Below are positions 35,188 to 44,799 of a stretch of 64,000 nucleotides of DNA, one piece after another (position 1 is the first letter of the stretch; the number at the start of each line of letters is the position of its first letter). Below the pieces are notes generated by a model that was not told the DNA's origin, did not search any database, and saw only the letters and a list, made by a program, of their open reading frames with translations. The DNA is from a candidate division WOR-3 bacterium (lineage in GTDB: Bacteria; Hydrothermota; Hydrothermia; Hydrothermales; Hydrothermaceae), in the NCBI GenBank assembly GCA_965649125.1, contig CBFGJO010000001.1, forward strand, positions 49,767 through 113,766. The letters run 5' to 3'. The position numbers were made by a program, and so were the translations under genes.

Positions 35188-36768
35188 GTGATTATAATGT
35201 ATAATAATTTTATGATTAAAATTTATTTAATTTTGTTTTTAATCCCTTATGGGAACTCACCAAACTGGGAAGGATGTTCAGGATATTATTCCACAGGTGG
35301 AGGATTTGTTGATATAAATAAAGACTTTTATCTTGATTTTATTATCTCAAATGGGAATGATATGGAAAGGGAGAAAAATGCAATTTGTTTTAATATAAAT
35401 GGTGTAATTGAAATAAACCCTTCCTGGCTTTCCTTTGATTCAGAATATTCAGGACATCTATCAATAAACGATTTTGATAATGACGGATATATTGATTTTG
35501 CAGTAAGCAATTATTTAGGTCCGAATGGGTTTTATTCACCCGGAAATGTAGTAATTTATAAAAATTTAAATGGGAATGTAATTCAAAACCCTTTCTGGAA
35601 ATCAAAAGACAGCACCTATAATTTTTCCTGTGATTTTGGAGATATTAATGGGGACGGATATGCTGAACTTGCAATTGCAGGAGGAGAAAGATATACAAAT
35701 AAAAAAGAGTATATAAAGATCTATAAAAATAATAATGGGGTTATTGATACACTTCCCTATTTTAAATCTTTTTATAAATATTATGCCTATGATGTTTTAT
35801 TTTATGATATAAATAGAGATAACTATCTTGATTTAATTGTTGCATGTGATGGTGAAAAAAACTTAATTTTTTTTAATTATAATGGAGAACTTGAAACAAT
35901 CCCTTCATGGAGTTCAACTGATTTAGAAGGTTCAATTCAAGTTGATGTTGGTGATATTGATAATAACGGTTTCCCTGATTTAATATTTGCGAACAATGGA
36001 CAACTTCCCCCTTATTCAAGCAATCTAAAGATTTATTTAAATCCAAATGGATTTCCTAATACAAACCCTGATTATATTCTGGATATTAATAAGGATTATT
36101 ATTCAACAGTTTCATTATGTGATATTGATTATGATGGAGATTTAGATATAGGTGCTGGTGGATGGTGGGAACCTCTTGTAATTTTTGAAAACTTTAATGG
36201 TTATTTTCATAATACACCTGACTGGCAATGGTCTCCTTCAAATCCACAGGATCTTGTCTGTGAAAAAGTAAGTTTTGCTGAAATTGATAAATCCTGGATT
36301 CAAAAAGAAGATACATTTATAAGGCAAAATAATATGCCAGTTTATACTTTAAAATTTAGAAATTTATGTGAAATTGAAAATGTTATAAAAATAGATTCTG
36401 GAATTAACTTATCAATCCCAATAAATTTTTATACATATTCGCTTGAATCAGGATGGATCTCGATAAATAAAAGTATAACCCAAGACCATGATACATTTTT
36501 AATTAAATATAAGATTCCATCAAGTTATGATATAAGTATAACAAACTGGGAAGAAAATAGAGGGAACTTTTATTTCCTTTCAAATTTACAGGATATAAGT
36601 GAAAAACCTGTAAAATTCAAGAATAAAGAAAGAAAATGTATAATAGTTTATAAGGAATTTAAAAAGAAAATTTTTGATTTATCAGGGGAAAAAAAGAGAG
36701 TTTTAAAAAATGGAATTGGATTTATAAAGGATAAAGGGAAAATAATAAAAGTTATTATCCTTCAATAA
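35188..36768 (+). CDS. Secreted FG-GAP/VCBS-repeat beta-propeller protein
   Basis: Five or more D-x-D/N-x-D-G-x-x-D Ca-binding loops (DFDNDGYIDFAVSN, DINGDGYAELAIAG, DINRDNYLDLIVA, DIDNNGFPDLIFAN, DIDYDGDLDIGAGG). N-terminal signal peptide. Confidence 0.7.
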   Translation: MIIMYNNFMIKIYLILFLIPYGNSPNWEGCSGYYSTGGGFVDINKDFYLDFIISNGNDMEREKNAICFNINGVIEINPSWLSFDSEYSGHLSINDFDNDGYIDFAVSNYLGPNGFYSPGNVVIYKNLNGNVIQNPFWKSKDSTYNFSCDFGDINGDGYAELAIAGGERYTNKKEYIKIYKNNNGVIDTLPYFKSFYKYYAYDVLFYDINRDNYLDLIVACDGEKNLIFFNYNGELETIPSWSSTDLEGSIQVDVGDIDNNGFPDLIFANNGQLPPYSSNLKIYLNPNGFPNTNPDYILDINKDYYSTVSLCDIDYDGDLDIGAGGWWEPLVIFENFNGYFHNTPDWQWSPSNPQDLVCEKVSFAEIDKSWIQKEDTFIRQNNMPVYTLKFRNLCEIENVIKIDSGINLSIPINFYTYSLESGWISINKSITQDHDTFLIKYKIPSSYDISITNWEENRGNFYFLSNLQDISEKPVKFKNKERKCIIVYKEFKKKIFDLSGEKKRVLKNGIGFIKDKGKIIKVIILQ

Positions 36769-37696
36769 TTTTTTTCATCTTCTCTCTTATTATATCAAGT
36801 TTCTTCTTAATCTCGTCTTTCTCAATCCTTTTAAGTTCTATGGATTCTGTTAACTCTTTCTCCTGAGCTTTTAATTCTTCTATCCTTTTTTCAAGTTCTA
36901 TTCTTTTATCCTCAAGTTCTCTAACCATTTTACCTACCTCTGACTCAAGAGCCTCCCTTTTTCTTGTCTCAAGTTCTGCCCTTGTACTTTCTATCTCTTC
37001 TTCCATTTTTTTCTTTTTCTCCTTTAGTTTTTCTATATCCTTTAAAACATTTTCCTTTTCCTTTTTTATTTCTTCAAGACTCAAAAAGGCTGTATGTTCT
37101 CTTTCATAAACTGCAAATTGTCTCTGTATATTAGAAAAAATAAAAGTTTGAATTAAAATCAAAATGATTATAAATAGAACTAAACCAACCCCTCCAATTT
37201 TTATAAGAAAATCAAGAGGTAAAATACTTTTTACTTGAGGCATCCTTAAGCCGAGATGCACCTCCCCAATTTTTACATCTTTCTCCTCTCCTTTAAAAAT
37301 TATAGGGGTTACAATCTCTGTAATTTCTCCAATATTTTTTATATCCGTGTTTAAATCTTTTAGCATTGAAAAGTTATAAAAAGAGGAAAAATTTTTACCA
37401 ACCTCATCTTCTTTTAAAGAACCCAATATTTTTCCATCTGGGTCTATCACAACAAGGTAAGCAATCTCCTTGCCTTCCCCCATTTCCTTTATTTTATCTC
37501 TTATTACTTCAAAATTTTCATCAATAACAAAATCAACTATTACATTTGCAAGATTTTCTACACTTGCTTTATAGAAATTTACAAAATTTTCCATAGATTC
37601 TGCTTTCTTTTTAGGATAAAAGTAATATACTGCAAAAATAATACCACCAAGAAAAATTATATTAAAAATAAATATCAAAATTTTATATTTATTCAT
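36755..37696 (-). CDS. Bitopic/dual-TM membrane protein with periplasmic sensor-like domain and cytoplasmic coiled coil
   Basis: TM1 at residues 5-25, about 130-aa extracytoplasmic domain, TM2 (IGGVGLVLFIIILILIQTF), then a K/E-rich heptad coiled coil. No output domain recognised. Confidence 0.35.
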   Translation of the reverse strand: MNKYKILIFIFNIIFLGGIIFAVYYFYPKKKAESMENFVNFYKASVENLANVIVDFVIDENFEVIRDKIKEMGEGKEIAYLVVIDPDGKILGSLKEDEVGKNFSSFYNFSMLKDLNTDIKNIGEITEIVTPIIFKGEEKDVKIGEVHLGLRMPQVKSILPLDFLIKIGGVGLVLFIIILILIQTFIFSNIQRQFAVYEREHTAFLSLEEIKKEKENVLKDIEKLKEKKKKMEEEIESTRAELETRKREALESEVGKMVRELEDKRIELEKRIEELKAQEKELTESIELKRIEKDEIKKKLDIIREKMKKIIEG

Positions 37697-37753
37697 ATTT
37701 TAATTTTAAATTATACAAAAAATTTTTCATTTTGTCAAACAGAAAATAAAAAT

Positions 37754-38578
37754 TTAACTCTTTAAAACCCTCATTGAAAGGTCTATCCATCTTGAAGAAT
37801 GAGTCAAATAACCAATTGAAATATAATCTATTTTAAGTTCCTTATAATCTTCTATGTTATCAAGATTTATACCACCTGAAACTTCTATCTCACATTTTCC
37901 ATCACATATTTTTATTGCCTCTTCAATTTCATGAACTGACATATTATCACAGAGCAGGATATCGGCTCCATATTTTATCGCTTCTTTAACCTCTTTAATG
38001 TTTTTAACCTCAATCTCTATCTTCATTCCTGGTGGTTTATTTTTCTTCATTTTCAAAATTGCATTTTTTATACCACCTGTAAATATTATGTGATTATCTT
38101 TTATAAGTATTCCTGAATCAAGGGAAAATCTATGGTTAAAACCTCCACCTATTTTTACCGCGTATTTTTCAAAAATTCTTAAACCAGGTGTTGTTTTTCT
38201 TGTATCTAAAATCTTAATCCTGCTTCCTTTTAACTTCTCAACAAATTTTCTTGTGGTTGTTGCTATGCCACTTAGTCTCATCAAAAGATTTAAAACAAGT
38301 CTTTCTGATTTAAGAATACCTTTTGCACTCCCTTTTATCTCTATTAAATCCTCATTCTTTTTAAATTCTTCACCATCCTTTTTTAAAAATTTTATTTTAA
38401 AATTTCCAAAGTGCCTCAATATTTCAGGGATAAATATGCCTCCTGCAAGAATACCTTCCTCTTTTGAATATACAACACCAATCCCTTCAAAATCATCTTC
38501 AATAACTCCCTCAGTTGTTACATCACCTTTCCCTATGTCCTCTTCTATCCATATTCTTATATATTTATCTATATTCAT
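37754..38578 (-). CDS. nadC: Nicotinate-nucleotide pyrophosphorylase [carboxylating] (quinolinate phosphoribosyltransferase)
   Basis: Motifs ...LDTRKTTPGLR..EKYAV..GGG.NHR..L.D.ILIKDNH... 274 aa. Confidence 0.85.
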   Translation of the reverse strand: MNIDKYIRIWIEEDIGKGDVTTEGVIEDDFEGIGVVYSKEEGILAGGIFIPEILRHFGNFKIKFLKKDGEEFKKNEDLIEIKGSAKGILKSERLVLNLLMRLSGIATTTRKFVEKLKGSRIKILDTRKTTPGLRIFEKYAVKIGGGFNHRFSLDSGILIKDNHIIFTGGIKNAILKMKKNKPPGMKIEIEVKNIKEVKEAIKYGADILLCDNMSVHEIEEAIKICDGKCEIEVSGGINLDNIEDYKELKIDYISIGYLTHSSRWIDLSMRVLKS

Positions 38579-41500
38579 TAGAATTTGAATGAGGCTCCTA
38601 CAAGAACTTTAAAATGACCACTACCGATCCCTGTTCTTTTATCAAGGTGTTTTATGTATTCAATTGAAGCAGCACCTGTAATGTCCTTTGTAAGTGCATA
38701 ATTTAAATCAATATTGAAGTTGGAAGAGGTGGAATGGTCAACCCTATTACCTGTGAGTGATTTTGTCTCACTTAAACTAAATCTTACATTAACATTTAAT
38801 TGGCTCTTTAGTTTCAAAATACTTGTTTTTAAAAAAGGAAGTCTTATTCCCTTTGGATTACTGTAGGAAAAATCAAAAGAACCTGAAAATGTCCTTGATT
38901 CACTACTTGTGGAGTAACTGGCTGTTTGGCTCGTTGACTTTCCTGTTCTTCTATTTAAATTATAGGAAAAATTAAATCCGACACCGTTTCTTAATCTACC
39001 CTGAAAACTTAAAAGAGGGGAAAAATTGTTTGATTCATTAATATTCAAAGAGGTAAAAGAAACTGTTTTTTCAACTTCTTTTGCATATCCTGATTGAAAG
39101 TTAAGGGAACTTAAATATCTCTTTAAGTTTGAAAATTTCGTATGAACTCCTGAAACTGTCAAGTTAACTGATGGAAATTCAACTCTATGCGTCTTTGAAG
39201 GAGGAGAATTGAATGGTCTTGCTATTCTATCATTCACTTCATATTTTAAATCTATATTTAAGAGTTCAAAGTTAAAGCCTGTTGAGACATTTTTTCTTTC
39301 ATCTTCAATTATATTATTAGATAAAGAATATGGAGATGTGGAATCAAAAGGAATCTTATGGGTAAAACCAAACCGATAATTATAATCAGGCAATTTTTTC
39401 AAACTATAATAACTGCTTTGAAAACTCTTTGTATAACTTAAACTGAAAGGGTTTATATTCCTTAAAAATTTAAAACCTTCCTTTGCCTCTTTTTTAAGTA
39501 AGAATATCATTTTATCCATAATTTTAACAAAATCAATACTTGAGTTAAAACTGTAAGAAGAATTTGAGGAGATGTTATCCCATGGAATTTTCATAATTGA
39601 ATCACTAACATTTGTATTTCTTGTTGAATTGAAATTAGAAGTATAACTGGAGGAAAAAGAATTTATAAATTCCCTGAAAATAAAAGGTAAAGTTGGTCTA
39701 TAATTTAAAGAGAAATTTTGAGAAAAATTCCCGATTTCACCCCACCATTTTTCTGTAATTTTTTTCCTTCTAAGGTCATACCTTTGAGAAGATGAAAAGT
39801 TCAAATCAATACTTCTTAAAGGTCTAAAGGAAATCCCCTGTGAAGGGTTAAGAGTAAAATTCTTTGTGCTCCTATCTTTTATATAAGAAGAATCACGAAA
39901 AGTATATCCCTTTTGAATTGAGAAACTGTAATCTAATGAAGTATTTAAGTTTGTAGGGAATGGATTTATCTCTTGACCAAGAAATTTAAAGCCTGAAAAA
40001 ATTATCGGGAGAGAATAACTTGCTCTTGAACCAAAACTTTGTAATGTATCCAAAGTTAAGGGATCTTTTTTATAATTCTCAATTTTTCTAAGATTTAATG
40101 AAACTTTATCAATTGTATATTGAAGAATTTTATTTTTTGAACCTGATTTTGAAAAATCAATTGCAAAACTTTCCTCAAGCCTATCTGTTTTATTCAATTT
40201 ACTTTGCCCCGGGGTTAATATAATATCAGAGGCTGGCATATATTTTGGAAATTCATAAGTTCTTTTATAGCCAAAACTTAATGGAATATTGAATCCCTCT
40301 ACAGGAATAAATTTATTTAAATAAAGTGTAGTACTTATATCATAAAGATGACGGGTTGATAAATCTGAAAATGAGCCAGGTGAATAATTTAAATCTCTAA
40401 AACCTGCTTGAAAATTCTCATACCTTAAACCATAACTGAGAAGGTCAGCAAGATTACCATTTAAGGATGCTTCAATTCTATAATGGGACTCCCTGAATGG
40501 TTTGTTTACTCTAAGTTCATCAATCCATACCTCACCTGTAATTTCTTCCTCTGATAGATTTAAGATTCCAAAAGAGTATTTGGAAACTGCTTGCAAATTT
40601 GGATTCCCTTTAACAAAATAGGAAGGATGTTCTGGATTTTGATATAGATAATTTATCTTTTCAGGTGGTCTTTTATTCTTTGTATCAATAAATTTGAGTG
40701 GGTCAATTTCTATATTAACCCATGAACCTCTTGGAATAATTTCTCTATATTCATAATAATTTAAAGTGTCAACTCCACTATAAAACCTTGCTACAAAATA
40801 TTTTAATGAGGATAAATTTAATTTATAAGCCCTTACCCATAACTTTATTTTATTATAAGAATTTATTATATTTTCAGGTCTATAATTATTCTTTGTTGCA
40901 TTTGCAAAATGTGTATTCTTTAAATTTTCAAACTTTAAAACAAGTGATGCCTCTCTTTCAACTGCACCTGTCATAGGGTCTCTATAAAGTTTAATTGGTG
41001 GCGGCTCGTATATACTATGTTCTTTATTATTATAAGTTGTAACATAGAATTTCTCATTTAAAGTATCAACAGGAACTCCTGAATCTGTCATGAATATACC
41101 ATTTTTTATATATCTACTCCCTACAATTTTAATTGATGCAATGTATATCGTATCCTCAGAAGTTAAGTTTGAAATCCATATTCTCCCAAATTTTATTCTT
41201 GAAAGGTCTGGATTTCCTATTCTATTACATCTTAATGTATCATTTAAATAGATTCTATAAATTTTAAAACCAGAAGGACTTTTATAATAGTAATTAGTAT
41301 CATTTTCAAGGTCTATAACATATTCAAAGAGATTATCTGGTTCATTTATTCTTCCATCTTTATCAAGATCTTCTTCATCTAATCTTGCATTATTTTCTGT
41401 TCCATTAATCTTTTCAATATTATCAAGGTCATAATCGTCATTTCCATCATCACCAGGTCTTAACTCATTATCTCTGCCTTTAACACCATCAAGTCCTGTA

Positions 41501-43968
41501 TCCTCATCAGGGTCAAGTTGTCCATTATTATTTTTATCTTCTGTATCTCTTTTTAAAGGGTCTCCTTTTAAATTACCACTCTTATCTCTCCAGAAAGTGT
41601 TTTCATTCATTGAATTTGCAAGGTCTATCCCTAATATTCCCTTATCACCCTTTAGTATTATTTCAATATACTCATATTTTGAAAAATTAAATCCATTAGG
41701 AGAAATCAAAGTATGAAGAGAAACCCATTCATCTGGCTCATTTTTTAATGGTTTATAAATAATTTGCATTACATCTATAAGGTCATCCTTTTCTTCTTTT
41801 GGAAGATTTGGGTTTATATCACCCTTTCTAAACAAATTATTCCTTGTTGTCCATGTTATTTTTTTACATAAATCATCAATAGACTTACCTTGTGGCGGGG
41901 AACCTCTTTGCCAGTAAAGATATGAGGAAGGAAACTCAAAAGACTCTTCAACCCCTTCCATATCATCAAGCAAAGCAGAACCATAAATATTTGGATTCGG
42001 AAAGGATTGATTATATATAAGATTAAACCTTACATCAGATTCTTTTTCGGTTTTCACAATTGGCATTTTATCACATAGTTTTGTCAAAAAAAATGGACTT
42101 GCCTGTGTTTTTAAATTCATTGTATACTGCGCCATCCTTACAGGTTCTTCTCCAAGCCTTGGTCTTTTATCAATGCTTGACTCCATTCTTGTAACAAATA
42201 TATTTTCAAGACTTAAATTTTTCCCCATATCATAGGTTGATTTAAGTCCTATTAAACTTTTTTGTTTAAGTTGGAAAATTTGTCCTATTTCATAATTTAT
42301 TTTAAGTTCCTTTGTTAATTCTCTATAATAGGCAGGATTCAAAATGAGAAGCTCACCTGTTTCATAATCCAGTTGATAATCCTCACCACGTTTCCACTTT
42401 TCATCACCAAAATATATCTCTTCTGAACCTTCTAAAATCCCGTAATCAAGTTGAATCTTTTCTTCTCTTCTTTGTGCTTTAAAAATAATCTTATATTTTC
42501 CATAATCAGGATGCTGGTCATAATCTTCCTGGGAATAGTAATAAATTGTTGTATCTTTTAAAGTTAAAGAATCAAACATAAACGGCATTTCTTGAGGAAA
42601 AATGAGGTATGGAATTTGAATTGGTCTAAAATTATTAGGAAGTAAAGGATCAATTTCACCATCATTATTATAATCAAGATTAAGTATTTTTATAATATTT
42701 TTACCATTTTCATCATACGGAAGAAGTCTGCCTGTGGTAACTCTATAAATTTTAATATTCTCAACATTTGTCCCAATATAATAAACATTTCTTAATTCGT
42801 TCCACCATGTTGGATCATTTTTATTTCTTATCCCCCTTTTTCTTATAAGTAAAAGTGTATCAGGATTTGTTGTATCCCTGAATGAACCGATTTTAAGCCC
42901 TGTTTTTGTTATATAAGCAACTGCTAATTGTTTATTACCTTCAATTACTATATCTTTAAGCCATATTATATTCTTTTGTCCACTTACATAGGACCAATCA
43001 GTTTCATAATCAAGCATTTTAAAATAGGAAAGGGTATCAATAAAGGAATCCTGGTTTTGAGGATTTAAAAATAAATAGGCTTTATTTTTCCCGACTAAAT
43101 TATAATTATCGCCATCATCATAAAATACCCATAATGTATCAATTTCTTCATTTTGTAGAAGAGGTATTTTAAAGAAAGCACCTCTTACAAATTCATAATC
43201 CCATAGAGTATCTTCTTTTATAAAAGTTGGGCTCTTTGTAACCTTTTTTGCCTGACCCTGCTCCCTTGAAAGAATACCTTCAAAAGAAACTGGTCCAAGT
43301 TGAAAAACACCTCTTAATCCAAAAAGACCCTTTCCACCAGCACCCTGAGAAGAACCTAAATTAAACTGGGTATTTCCTGCTTCTAATAGTTTTATAATCT
43401 CATCCTCATCACCCTGATATTGTAATTTTACAGTATTTTTGTATTGAGCCTCCCTTTCTGAATCGTGGTCAAGATTAACCTTTATTTTATTTCCAATTGT
43501 TCCGAGAGCATTCACCCTTAATTTCTGATTCATTTCAGGATGAGGCAGATTTGATGTTTCGGTTATTGCTGGATTTCTATAAAGGTCCTTTGTAACACCA
43601 AAGGAAATATCCTGAGAACCTGAAATTTTAATACTTGCACCCTCACCTATTCCCAAAACTTTTGGTATTGGAATTGGTATATCAATTTCTGGAATAAGAC
43701 CGCCTGTTTCCTGAAGCCTTTTTTTAAAAACACTGTCTCTTATACTTTTATAAACTATTTCCCTTTCAATTTTTTCTTCTCTTTCTTCTTTTATCTCTTC
43801 AATATTTTTAACCTCTATATCATGAATGAATTCATTTGCACCTTTATATTCTACATAAAATTCCTCAAAAAAAATATTTGATGAATCCCTTACATATTGA
43901 GAAAGTAATCTGTTTTCAAGGGAATCCTGAATCCATAGATTTATAAAAAATATTATTAAAGTGTTCAT
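38578..43968 (-). CDS. Giant (1796 aa) predicted outer-membrane beta-barrel protein with TSP3-like Ca-binding repeats; candidate SprA/Sov-type T9SS translocon homolog
   Basis: N-terminal signal-like segment. Hundreds of residues of alternating aromatic/polar beta-strand sequence rich in N/S/Y/F, ending ...GHFKVLVGASFKF (terminal aromatic, OMP-like). Internal block DNNGQLDPDEDTGLDGVKGRDNELRPGDDGNDDYDLDN...DLDKDGRINEPDN. 4-nt overlap with lspA. Confidence 0.45.
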   Translation of the reverse strand: MNTLIIFFINLWIQDSLENRLLSQYVRDSSNIFFEEFYVEYKGANEFIHDIEVKNIEEIKEEREEKIEREIVYKSIRDSVFKKRLQETGGLIPEIDIPIPIPKVLGIGEGASIKISGSQDISFGVTKDLYRNPAITETSNLPHPEMNQKLRVNALGTIGNKIKVNLDHDSEREAQYKNTVKLQYQGDEDEIIKLLEAGNTQFNLGSSQGAGGKGLFGLRGVFQLGPVSFEGILSREQGQAKKVTKSPTFIKEDTLWDYEFVRGAFFKIPLLQNEEIDTLWVFYDDGDNYNLVGKNKAYLFLNPQNQDSFIDTLSYFKMLDYETDWSYVSGQKNIIWLKDIVIEGNKQLAVAYITKTGLKIGSFRDTTNPDTLLLIRKRGIRNKNDPTWWNELRNVYYIGTNVENIKIYRVTTGRLLPYDENGKNIIKILNLDYNNDGEIDPLLPNNFRPIQIPYLIFPQEMPFMFDSLTLKDTTIYYYSQEDYDQHPDYGKYKIIFKAQRREEKIQLDYGILEGSEEIYFGDEKWKRGEDYQLDYETGELLILNPAYYRELTKELKINYEIGQIFQLKQKSLIGLKSTYDMGKNLSLENIFVTRMESSIDKRPRLGEEPVRMAQYTMNLKTQASPFFLTKLCDKMPIVKTEKESDVRFNLIYNQSFPNPNIYGSALLDDMEGVEESFEFPSSYLYWQRGSPPQGKSIDDLCKKITWTTRNNLFRKGDINPNLPKEEKDDLIDVMQIIYKPLKNEPDEWVSLHTLISPNGFNFSKYEYIEIILKGDKGILGIDLANSMNENTFWRDKSGNLKGDPLKRDTEDKNNNGQLDPDEDTGLDGVKGRDNELRPGDDGNDDYDLDNIEKINGTENNARLDEEDLDKDGRINEPDNLFEYVIDLENDTNYYYKSPSGFKIYRIYLNDTLRCNRIGNPDLSRIKFGRIWISNLTSEDTIYIASIKIVGSRYIKNGIFMTDSGVPVDTLNEKFYVTTYNNKEHSIYEPPPIKLYRDPMTGAVEREASLVLKFENLKNTHFANATKNNYRPENIINSYNKIKLWVRAYKLNLSSLKYFVARFYSGVDTLNYYEYREIIPRGSWVNIEIDPLKFIDTKNKRPPEKINYLYQNPEHPSYFVKGNPNLQAVSKYSFGILNLSEEEITGEVWIDELRVNKPFRESHYRIEASLNGNLADLLSYGLRYENFQAGFRDLNYSPGSFSDLSTRHLYDISTTLYLNKFIPVEGFNIPLSFGYKRTYEFPKYMPASDIILTPGQSKLNKTDRLEESFAIDFSKSGSKNKILQYTIDKVSLNLRKIENYKKDPLTLDTLQSFGSRASYSLPIIFSGFKFLGQEINPFPTNLNTSLDYSFSIQKGYTFRDSSYIKDRSTKNFTLNPSQGISFRPLRSIDLNFSSSQRYDLRRKKITEKWWGEIGNFSQNFSLNYRPTLPFIFREFINSFSSSYTSNFNSTRNTNVSDSIMKIPWDNISSNSSYSFNSSIDFVKIMDKMIFLLKKEAKEGFKFLRNINPFSLSYTKSFQSSYYSLKKLPDYNYRFGFTHKIPFDSTSPYSLSNNIIEDERKNVSTGFNFELLNIDLKYEVNDRIARPFNSPPSKTHRVEFPSVNLTVSGVHTKFSNLKRYLSSLNFQSGYAKEVEKTVSFTSLNINESNNFSPLLSFQGRLRNGVGFNFSYNLNRRTGKSTSQTASYSTSSESRTFSGSFDFSYSNPKGIRLPFLKTSILKLKSQLNVNVRFSLSETKSLTGNRVDHSTSSNFNIDLNYALTKDITGAASIEYIKHLDKRTGIGSGHFKVLVGASFKF

Positions 43969-44447
43969 TTTTTATCAAAAAAAATAGATATTAAAAAAAG
44001 GAGTATTATTCCTATTGTTATGGATGAGTCAGCAATATTAAATATTGGCCATCTTAAATTTTCAGAAATTCCAACATCTATAAAATCAATAACTGCTTTA
44101 AATCTCAATCTATCAATAAGATTCCCAATTGCTCCACCAAATAAAAGTGAATAAGGGATTATATAGATTTTTTTCTTTTCAAAAATTAAAAAGAGAATTA
44201 AAATTAAAATTATAATAAAGGCAATAACCTCATAGGGAAAGAACTTCGGGAAAGGAATTCCCCAGACTCCAAATGGATTTTTTATATAAGTAATCCATAT
44301 ATAATTACCCATGATTTTTAAAGGCTCACCATAAGGTAAATTTTTAACTATTATATATTTTAAAATTTGGTCAATAAAAATTACAAATAAACTAATTGCT
44401 CCAAAAATAAAAAACTTATTTTTTAATAAACTCTTCTTTCTTTTCAA
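43965..44447 (-). CDS. lspA: Lipoprotein signal peptidase (signal peptidase II)
   Basis: Four TM helices with the conserved ...GGAIGNLIDR... and FNIAD motifs. Lies just downstream of ileS. Confidence 0.85.
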   Translation of the reverse strand: MKRKKSLLKNKFFIFGAISLFVIFIDQILKYIIVKNLPYGEPLKIMGNYIWITYIKNPFGVWGIPFPKFFPYEVIAFIIILILILFLIFEKKKIYIIPYSLLFGGAIGNLIDRLRFKAVIDFIDVGISENLRWPIFNIADSSITIGIILLFLISIFFDKK

Positions 44448-44799
44448 TTTCTTCCTGACATTTTATACAATACCTTGCATACGGAACTGCTCTTAATCTT
44501 GAAACTTCAATATTTTTATTACATCTAAGGCATATCCCATATTCTCCTCTTTCAATTCTCATAAGGGCATCTTCAACCTCCTTAAGTCTTCTATGGGCAG
44601 TTGAAGCAAAAATTGAAATCTCTTCTGTAAATTCTTCATTAGATGCCATATCAGCAAGATGATATGAAAATTTTCTATCACCTGTTTCTTCAAAAATATT
44701 CTCTTTAAGTTTTCCCTCTGATTTTCTTAAAATTTTTAAGAGTTTTTCCTTTTCAAGTAAAAGTTTCTTTTTTAAAGCATTTAAAGTTCTCTCATTCAC
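44416..44799 (-). CDS. DksA/TraR-family C4 zinc-finger protein
   Basis: Coiled-coil N-terminus and C-terminal CLRCNKNI...(17)...CIKCQ zinc finger. 127 aa. Confidence 0.7.
   Translation of the reverse strand: MNERTLNALKKKLLLEKEKLLKILRKSEGKLKENIFEETGDRKFSYHLADMASNEEFTEEISIFASTAHRRLKEVEDALMRIERGEYGICLRCNKNIEVSRLRAVPYARYCIKCQEEIEKKEEFIKK

Noticed and set aside
35188-36768. Possible third T9SS sorting tail at the C-terminus of the FG-GAP protein (...IFDLSGEKKRVLKNGIGFIKDKGKIIKVIILQ).
   Set aside because: Only a loose resemblance to the Por_Secre_tail pattern, with no YPNP or GVY elements. Too weak to call without an HMM.
40788-40976. 62-aa plus-strand ORF inside the giant OMP gene, and similar antisense ORFs in ileS (46041-46382, 46617-46808), in the 1031-aa gene (50601-50819) and in alaS (61039-61233, 61641-61838).
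   Set aside because: All are nested antisense in long, well-supported genes, with no RBS or motif. Typical for AT-rich DNA.
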